Shown here piece after piece: positions 10,887-19,578 of a DNA stretch of 19,578 nucleotides. This DNA is from Ginkgo biloba (lineage: Eukaryota > Plantae > Ginkgophyta). The DNA is taken from assembly GCA_024626585.2 (NCBI GenBank), contig JANKJI020000002.1, forward strand, positions 223,247,058 through 223,266,635. Direction: 5' to 3'. The notes beneath the pieces are model-generated. The model was not told the DNA's origin. It ran no database searches and saw only the letters and a list, made by a program, of their open reading frames with translations. Both the position numbers and the translations under genes were made by a program. Numbering within the stretch: position 1 is the first letter of the stretch; every line of letters starts with the position of its first letter.

Positions 10887-13171
10887 GATTGAATTTGATA
10901 AGGACTCTTAGGTATTTGAATTTCCTATCACTATCTGCTTCTTTAAATTGAAATAACTTATGAATTTAGAGTCTGATTCATGATGAGACATTGAAGAAGT
11001 AGATGAAGCTTTTGTTCTTATTTACTAAACTCCCTATGGATAATATAAAATCCTACAATATATTGAGAAAATATTGATCCAAATTAATTGAAGCCTAGAT
11101 AAGCACTAGAGTATCATTTACAGAGAGTGAGCGAGTCAAGATATTTGCGTTTGAGAATGTTTTTACTCCCTGAAACTTATTTGATAATGTTGCTACTTCA
11201 ATTACTTGACTTAAAGCTTTGAATGTGACTGCAAAAAGAGAAGGGGATAGCGAAAAACTTGCCTAAGGCCCTTATAAAACTAGAAAAATGATGTAGGGCC
11301 ACCATTAATTAAAACTGCTACCTTTGGATTATGGATGTAAGCATTGATCCAATTAATGAAATGGGGGTTGAAGCCTAATTTAGAAATAATATTTAAAATA
11401 AAATCCTTGTCTGACCTATTAAAAGCATTGGATAAGTAAATTTTTAGCAGCATGATCTTTTCCTTATAAATGCGGGTGGATTGAAGGGATTCNNNNNNNN
11501 NNNNNNNNNNNNNNNNNNNNNNNNNNNNNNNNNNNNNNNNNNNNNNNNNNNNNNNNNNCTTTGATAAGATAGGCTTGAGGAAATTTGCTAATAGCTTGGA
11601 AATGATTTTAAGTGAGGTTTTATAGAGAGAGATAGGCCTAAATCTGTCCTAATAAGTAGGGTCCTAATTTTGGGGACAAGAGAAAGAAAGGTGGAATCAA
11701 TTGAACTTGACATAGTAGCATGAACCCAACATTCCTCTACCATAGCTAGAAGATATTTTTCAATAATATCCCATTAATTTAAGTAGAAGTTGAATTGAAA
11801 CCCATCAATTCCAAGAGATTTGTCTATCTACATGCCTTTGAGGGTTTCTAAAATATCATCATGATCAATCAACTTAAGCAAATTAACATTCATTTGAGGG
11901 GTTATGAGTGTAGGAATGTTAACAAGCATATTTCCTTATGTTACTAATTTTCCATCTTCCTCTTCTGATAACAACTCTTTGAATAAGAGGAAATCACTTT
12001 ATTTGATTTCTTCTTGATTATGAGTTAGATCACTTTTGGGGAATTGATTGAGGATATATGGTTGATTTCTTTCTTCTTAGCAGTAGCTTTATGGAAGAAG
12101 ACTAGGTTAGTGTCCCCTTTTCATAGCCAATTTTGGTGAGATTTCAATTGCCAAATTTATTCTTCCTTATCCTCTTCCTGATCAATGATGGAAATAATTT
12201 TTTTTTTTTTTTGAAGGGAATCATATGACCACCCATCCTCAAGCACTCCAACGTAGAGTTTGGAAAGGGATTCTTTAACCTAAAATTTTCTTAGCAACGT
12301 TTTGAGTTGTAAACAAGAAGCCCAAGGTTTTAGTTTAGATTTAAGGTATTTGAGTTGGTAGCCAAATTTGTATAGTTATATCCCATGATATGGGTTTACC
12401 TCATTCCACCATTTGGCTTCCTTCTCTTTAAAGTTTGGTTGATCCATCCACCAAGGCTAGAATTTGAAGGGGATGTTCTTAGCTTTTGGGTAAGAATTGA
12501 GTTCTAAGAGATTAGGCTAATGATCTGAATGAGGGCCTTCCAAGGTATTCATTTCCACTAGGTTTGAGTCATTAGTAAGATTGCCTAAAATTAGAAAGCA
12601 ATTGACATGCTCAACAACAAATGTTTTACCGATTCTTCTATTATTCCAGGTGAACCAACCGATTTTGGAAAGAATGTCAATCAAATTGGAGGCGAGTATG
12701 ATCTCTTGAATCTTGAGTCTTACTCTATCTTGGGGAAGGAAAATTCCCCCCTTTTTCTCTGAATTGTCCAAAATTGTGTTTAGGTCTCCTCCTAGGATAA
12801 TCCTTATGTTTTGAATGTTGCCCACTGTCAATTCGATTTCCTCCATAAAGGTTGATAAAGTGGAATTGATTATCTGTGGAGACTTATTGCATGTGTAAGT
12901 AAATCCAGTTTGAATTAACTTAATTGTCAATATGCATTTATGAGTTATCTTTCTAAAGAGTAGAAATATCCCCTGACTATACTAAGGCATATGAGAAAAC
13001 AACACTATTATTCTTCCAAATTGAGTCTATATATGTGATAAAATTTCTCAAGGTTAATTTAGTCTCTTGAATGAACACTATATTTGACTTTTTTACAAAA
13101 CAAATTCTCTTAAGGGATTTCCATTTTCTGAGAGAGCCCAAACCTCTAATGTTCCATGAAAAGCATTTCAT
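10887..13171 (-). mobile_element. Degenerate L1-clade LINE ORF2 (AP endonuclease + reverse transcriptase)
   Basis: APE motifs: MKCFSWNIRGLG...VFIQETK, ILGGDLN, FTWNNRR and SDH. RT motifs: KSLGIDGF..NFY...WDII, FRPISLYKTSLKIISKLLAN, AVLINGGP...KGLRQ..LSPSLF, a decayed catalytic motif SVND (11124-11113, in place of FADD), NKNKS and FKYL. Confidence 0.95.
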
Positions 13172-14235
13172 TTAGTGGTTATGCATCTGGTGTTCTTAAA
13201 CATATTTATTTGTTTAAGAACACTTTTTGAACCAGTTGAGATATCCTCTTAGGTCTGCTTGCTTCTAGTAACTAAGGTTGAAGGTCTCCCTCTACTTTTG
13301 GGGGAGTCCCTTGTGTCCAAAGCACATGGATCAAAAGTGTCCATGAATTATAGCTGAATTTTTATTGGGTCTGCACCTTTGACTAAAAGAATTCCAGGTC
13401 GACACACATTTGGAGGAGAATTTGATGCTTCTACTATTAGAGATGGACCTTTGGAGGCTACTACCCCTAAGGAATTATTTTCTTTTGAAGACCAGTTAAG
13501 ATTTCTTTTTAGAGAGGATAAACTAATTTATCCTAAGCCACATATATGGAAAATCAAGATAAAGGAGATGTCTCTCCAATTCACATTGATCCCTACCTAG
13601 AACATGAAGTCACTCTTTCATTTATGATGTTGTTCCCTGGTTTCACTAATATGTCTCTTGGTCTTTGATCGCTGCCTCTCTAACTATTTTAATTACTTCC
13701 AAGTCATGTTAGGGATTGACTCCCTTGTTTCTATTATTTCCTAGTCCAACCATGACTCTAGAAGCATCCAGGGAGGGGAACCTCTCCCTTATCACTAGGT
13801 CTTTGTCCTCCCTTAGGATAAATCAACCCTCTAACTCTTGTCAAAAGGCTCCTGACTATTTTTGTAGATTCAGGAGAACTACTCTGCCTTCATTTTTTCT
13901 TTTCAATCATTTGAACAAATATAATTTTATTTCTAGGACATGCTCACTTCTGCACCCTTAAAATATACACCTTTTGATATGGACCAGCTGATTATAAACT
14001 TGTAGTTATTTTCATATGTGATGCTTTGGGGATGAAGGAACTATATTTTGACCTCAAAGTAGAGGCATCCAAACTAGTTTGGGCTCCTTTGATCCCTCCA
14101 TATTGTAGAGAATCTCCCCCTCTTACTTTTTATTTTATTTTAACTATTTTGTCTTTGTTATATCAATCTCTTCTCAAGAATTACTAGAATCACATTTAGG
14201 ACCAAATCCATCATTTCCCATATAAACCTCACCAC
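13172..14235 (-). mobile_element. Probable ORF1 (DUF4283/zinc-knuckle type) remnant of the same LINE
   Basis: Lies immediately upstream of the ORF2 ATG on the same strand. There is weak similarity near 14040-14235 (GGGLY..W..GFGP; DSLQYGGIKGAQTSLDASTL) to the plant L1 ORF1 core, followed by a K/R/S-rich tail. Heavily decayed. Confidence 0.55.
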
Positions 14236-14599
14236 CTATGATATGCTATGATTGTCCCCTGACATATCAACATCATTGTCACCTCCTAAATTTTTGTGCT
14301 CATAACCGTAGGCATTTTTTTTTTTTTTTTTCACTTTGTTCTGATCTATGTTAAGTTCATNNNNNNNNNNNNNNNNNNNNNNNNNNNNNNNNNNNNNNNN
14401 NNNNNNNNNNNNNNNNNNNNNNNNNNNNNNNNNNNNNNNNNNNNNNNNNNNNNNNNNNNNTAATAAATCCAAGCTATTAGAAAAAAAAAAAAAAGAGGGG
14501 GGATATGTAAGCAATTTTTTAAGTGAATTATAGTTTATTTGACCTTATTAGATAACAAGTTCCATACTTACTTATATCATGACTATACGTTAGGACTAT

Positions 14600-15300
14600 C
14601 TGAATGTTATGGTATGACTATAGGTGAATGTATATAGAGGATTATGAATACAATTGTAAGAGAAAAGTGAAGGTGAATTCATGTGATTGTAAGTGAAAAT
14701 TGCCTACATTTCTATTATAAATTCACATTTGTTTAAGGAGTAGGAAAAAATATATTGTAGAATATATCTAATAAGTATGCGAGTGAATACGAATTGCACA
14801 TGATAAGGCTTATGGTTTCACTTGTATATTTTTATTTGTGAGATCTACACATTGGTGCAAGTGAAATTCCACTAAGGAAATATTGATGAAAGTTATTTAA
14901 AAGATGAAGGTGTAGGTGAAATTGATTTACAAGTGAAATGGTTAGTGATTTCACTTGAAATATTGTGAAAATGGAATACTACTTGCATTTTACATACATT
15001 CATCCCACCTACATCCATATTTTCATATTTCACCTATATTCATTTCACTTACATTCATTTCACCTACACATTTCACCTACATTCATTCCACTTACAATTC
15101 ATCTCACCTACATCTATACATTCATATCACCTACATGTATACTTTCATCTTTCACATACATTCATTCCACTTACATTTAATTTCAAGTATATATGTATGG
15201 TTGTATTTCACCTAGATGTGTACAATCATATTTCATCTACAAGTGCACAATCATATTTCCCCTATAGGTATATGATTGTATCTCATGTACACTTATATTT
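14600..15300. repeat. Degenerate array of TTCACCTACA/TGTAGGTGAA-type motifs with a switch in orientation near 14945
   Basis: 14600-14940 is dominated by (t/a)aggtgaa/aagtgaa and 14990-15250 by cacctaca/cacttaca interleaved with cattcat. A perfect 10-bp inverted repeat caagtgaaat/atttcacttg lies at 14930-14939/14948-14957. Confidence 0.8.
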
Positions 15301-15930
15301 TGTAAGTTACTTACATATTGAATTTAATTGAAAAATGTTGATGTCATCCATAAGTAACTTTTTGTTTTTAAACATGATATTATTGAAGTGCTACGGGGCC
15401 CTCTAATGGATATTATAAAAGATTATTCACATGAAACTATATTAACTATTTAACAAGTGGTGTCCCGCGGATCTGACGGGTATCTTTCCNNNNNNNNNNN
15501 NNNNNNNNNNNNNNNNNNNNNNNNNNNNNNNNNNNNNNNNNNNNNNNNNNNNNNNNNNNNNNNNNNNNNNNNNNNNNNNNNNNNNNNNNNNNNNNNNNNN
15601 NNNNNNNNNNNNNNNNNNNNNNNNNNNNNNNNNNNNNNNNNNNNNNNNNNNNNNNNNNNNNNNNNNNNNNNNNNNNNNNNNNNNNNNNNNNNNNNNNNNN
15701 NNNNNNNNNNNNNNNNNNNNNNNNNNNNNNNNNNNNNNNNNNNNNNNNNNNNNNNNNNNNNNNNNNNNNNNNNTACTTTAAATAAATAGAAAGTAGGGTG
15801 AAAGAAAGAATACATCATAGTATAATGAAGGGAAACTACATGGGAAGTAAAGGAGAGAATTGGTTGAATAAAATGGAGACTAACTCACCTATAGTAAAGG
15901 AAGAATAGGTATCTATAATCATTTAATAAA

Positions 15931-16480
15931 CATATAGGTTTGGAGGAATTTCTAAAATCTATCCATATTTATGAATTTTTTTATCAATATTTTGATTATA
16001 ATGTTACACAGGTTTGTGAATTCGTATAGAATTACACAAAAGTAATAACAAGAGCGAAAGGGAAAGAAAATCATGGTGAATAAGAATATTCTCTTAAAAT
16101 CTACTCATGCCCTAGGTGTAAGGAAAGTATGGGGTAAAGATCAAGTTAAAGAATATGAGTTTGATATATTGGTGTATGAGTTCTTTGAAAACCACACTCT
16201 GGAAGTATTCATGGTGAGTAAGGGTTTTGCATTCACCTTGGAATGAGGTGGTGCTAGTCATCACTAAATATATACTAATGAATAAGAATCCCTCTTATAT
16301 ATTCACCCCTCACTTCCAATTTATGATGGTATAGAAGAAAGGGGAAGAGGTGAATGTGGTGTATTTTTTGTATGATTCATTGGATTTAAATTTTATCAAG
16401 TGGAAGTAAGGGAGGGATAAAGAGGTTAGGAAACTAGGTGTTATCTAAATGATCATCAATTCTTGTATAAAAACCTATGT
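15931..16480 (+). mobile_element. Decayed accessory ('extra') ORF of an LTR retrotransposon, similar to the putative plant transposon protein family
   Basis: Across two frameshifts it reads IYEFFYQYFDYNVTQVCEFV*NY...KGK/IMVNKNILLKSTHALGVRKVWGK.../LHSPWNEVVLVITKYILMNKNPSYIFTPHFQFMMV*KKGEEVNVVYFLYDSL...LGVI*MII. This pattern (L..PW.EV...I.KYI...Y..HF..L......N..YFL..SL...GLI..II) matches accessory ORFs I recall from gymnosperm LTR elements. Confidence 0.65.
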
Positions 16481-17225
16481 ATATGCAAGAAAAATAAAAC
16501 CCTCATATGTACCTCAAACAAAGACTCCACTTAAGTCCCTAATAAAACCCTCACCTATACCTTAGGAGAGGAATCCACTTGTATATCAAAATAAGATGAC
16601 CTCATATACACACCAAATAAAGGTGAGTTCTAAGAATACATCATCAACATATTCATCTTCACCTTTATAGAGGGTGAATGGGAAAGAAACTCGAGAGAAG
16701 AACATTGTTTCCAAAGAGGAATGGAGAGTTGTAAGAGAGTTGGAAGAGCATAAGTCATCACCTTCACCTAGTGTATAGGTGATTTTATAAGCCACTCATC
16801 AGAAGAGAAACTAATCACCTATAGGGATACAAATAATTTAAGTTTTATCAATAAAAGGAGAAGAGGAAAAATAAGAAGGGCAAGATGTTCCACCTAAATC
16901 TAAGTTTCTAGTGAGAAGCTTGAAAAGGCTAAGAAAGATTGGTTAGGAAGTTGAATAAGGGAAGGAGGAAGAAAAGGGAGATTCACATTCACTTCCACCC
17001 TTTACACAAGTAGAGAAGGAAAAATAACATGAGGATGCGATATGCGATCATATACATTCACCTACATCATCTATGAAAATATAGAAAAATAAAGAATTAG
17101 AGGGTATTTCCCCTAAGAAGTCACCTATAACTGATGATGAAACTGGAAGGTTGATAATAGAGATAGGTGCACAAATGCATTGGTTATTCAATCATATCTT
17201 GGCCAAATAAAATAAAATACTACAT

Positions 17226-17330
17226 GAATATTGTAGACATAAGGGTAGATAAATTTAAAGGGGTGGGCTATATAATAGGATGCTAGACTTGTGGATATAG
17301 TAGGGAATATTGTAGACATAAGGGTAGATA
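17226..17330 (+). repeat. Perfect 26-bp direct repeat separated by 53 bp
   Basis: gaatattgtagacataagggtagata occurs at 17226-17251 and at 17305-17330. Confidence 0.95.
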
Positions 17331-19578
17331 TATAGATGATCAAGGATGTTGAAAATGATTTGAAAAGTAAGTTGACAAATTTTGATTTGCATAAAAATAA
17401 AATCCTTATGGAAAATTGAAGACTCGGGGTAACAACTTTAGGAATTGGCCATAGATTCTTCTGGAATATTTTTTAGTAAAGATGAGTACCTGCATTTTTA
17501 GGTTAACAAGGCTCAGTTGATGTAGTAGGAAAAATATTTAAAGGATAATGATGCAAGGATAAATAGATTAATTTCTCAACTTAATGAAATGAAGAAGGCA
17601 ATGAGTGATTATGATAAAATAGTGTAGTATAAGATCTCTGGAGTTTGGAGGAAAGACATGTAGAANNNNNNNNNNNNNNNNNNNNNNNNNNNNNNNNNNN
17701 NNNNNNNNNNNNNNNNNNNNNNNNNNNNNNNNNNNNNNNNNNNNNNNNNNNNNNNNNNNNNNNNNNNNNNNNNNNNNNNNNNNNNNNNNNNNNNNNNNNN
17801 NNNNNNNNNNNNNNNNNNNNNNNNNNNNNNNNNNNNNNNNNNNNNNNNNNNNNNNNNNNNNNNNNNNNNNNNNNNNNNNNNNNNNNNNNNNNNNNNNNNN
17901 NNNNNNNNNNNNNNNNNNNNNNNNNNNNNNNNNNNNNNNNNNNNNNNNNNNNNNNNNNNNNNNNNNNNNNNNNNNNNNNNNNNNNNNNNNNNNNNNNNNN
18001 NNNNNNNNNNNNNNNNNNNGTGTACATAACCATAATTTACTAGTATAAACAAATGTTATATGATTTTTACTTTCATAGGATGATTATTTTTACCTAGGTG
18101 AATTGATGTGATATGTCCACCTACAAAGTATGATGTCCATCCTTAGGATGAAAGAGTTGAGATCAAGGTAAATTTAAGTATTCTAATAGAATGAATATGT
18201 TATGAGGTTACAGTTGAGAGGAAACTACTTACATGGTGAGAGGGTAGTTGATTGACATGTAGACCGTTTAGGGGACTCGATATTATGGGAGGTATATAAT
18301 AAATAAATAAATTTGGTGATTAAAATGTGGAATAATCAAAATTCCAAGTTAGAAAAAAGTTCCCTTACAGGTGCTCAAGGCAAGCTTGAGGAATTGAGAC
18401 ATGTATAGGTATTATATAGGTAGAAATCATACAAATATGTGAATTGGATTTGTATTGGTGTAAAGAATTGATAAAACACATTCATTATATTAGGACTTAA
18501 TGGATAGATAATTATTATCTACTTGATCCATTATTTGTACCTTTTTCTGTCTAGATGGAGTTTTATGGCCAAAGAATTATGGAGAATCATTGATAGCATG
18601 GAGATCCTCTGGAAGAGACTCAAGTTTTGGGATTTTTGATAGATGTGTCTTATGATTTGAGAGATTTCCATAACATGACCAGTGTAATATATTCTAATTT
18701 GGATAAATAGGATGAGGAAAAACATCAAGAGAGGAACTTCATATGACAACAAATGTAGGCCCAAAGGATGAGCATTAGTTTTGACTAATGGATTGTAAGA
18801 GGAACAAGTAAATAATCTATTAAAGAAGTTAGTGAAGTTGTGGGGATAGTTTATTAATGAGAAATATTAAAATAGGTGGCCCCATAGGTGGAAGGGCCTT
18901 CCACACAGATTGGGACTATTGATGAACCTCTCATGAAAGTTCCCTTTGAAGAACCAGAGGCCCTCAAAGTTAGTTTGAAAGAGGACTTGTGAATTCCATG
19001 AGGGGGGAAATTATGGGGGAAAATATATCCCCATCATTTGCATTGCCTGGGCACTATGTTATTACATATTTAGAAATAGTAGATAATGTTTGGATGTTTT
19101 CATGAGGATTCCATAAGTGAAATGGTGACTTTATGATTTTGGCATTACTAACATATGTTTGGATAGATAAGTTCTTTCTTACAACTAGTTCAAGACATAT
19201 GCAAGTGAAGGATTAGAGAAAATAAGTAGAGAAGGTGAAAAGAGTGAAGTATATCACCTACACCTTCAAGTGTAGGTGAGTCGAGGTAGAAACAAAACAT
19301 GATCATGGAGAAGAAAAGGAGTGATAACATTATATAGGTATATTTTCACCCACCTATAGGCAGGTTGTATGCAATTATTCACCTACACCTCACTTGCAGG
19401 TTAATGTAGTATTCATTGTTGTGAATCTTTTACTCCACCTACGATTATGTGCGAGTGGTTTACCTATAGATGGGCTCATGTAAGCCATGTAATTTTTGGA
19501 TTTTTTCACTCATGGGATATATGTAAGTGGGTCCCTTTATTAGTTTTAAGTATTATCTTTTATGATTAAAGTAACTTT

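Larger units (their letters stand above)
14506..19578. mobile_element. Old, heavily deaminated LTR-retroelement-derived region (non-coding motif arrays plus accessory ORF and an E/K-rich tail)
   Basis: The same CACCT(A/G)(C/T)A / TAGGTG motif recurs from 14620 to 19470. The + strand is purine-rich with decayed coding character from 15800 to 19000. No gag/pol motifs were seen, and the boundaries are uncertain. Confidence 0.55.

Noticed and set aside
14108-14126. Minus-strand AAGAGGGGGAGATT resembling a copia/SIRE polypurine tract
   Set aside because: It is not followed by a TG LTR start and lies within the probable LINE ORF1 remnant.
14955-15215. His/Ile/Phe/Thr-rich ORFs suggesting a metal-binding peptide
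   Set aside because: The composition is a by-product of the C/A/T-only motif array, and two frames are open for the same reason.
14990-15250. CRISPR-like or telomeric array
   Set aside because: There is no constant repeat with unique spacers and no TTTAGGG unit, and the context is eukaryotic TE DNA.

Overview
AT-rich, repeat-dense land-plant nuclear DNA from a gapped assembly; five N-runs are exactly 100 nt and are probably gaps of unknown size. The TE content and heavy CG/CHG deamination suggest a large, gymnosperm-like genome (inference). The only recognisable host gene is the 3' part of a VTE3/APG1-like MPBQ/MSBQ methyltransferase on the + strand: exons 7277-7583 and 7746-7862, joined by a 162-nt GT-AG intron. 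It is markedly divergent from canonical VTE3, its C-terminus is shortened and remodelled, and its first exon is not visible in the window. The rest is mostly decayed retroelement sequence: a Ty3/gypsy pol remnant (- strand), a G-patch remnant, two convergent LINE fragments either side of a gap, and a long LTR-element accessory-ORF region. That last region is peppered with variants of a palindrome inferred to be TTCACCTGCAGGTGAA. A non-TE-like island at about 2760-3560 may be the 3' end of another gene. I found no convincing novel multi-gene system; the best candidate for new biology is the divergent VTE3 paralogue.
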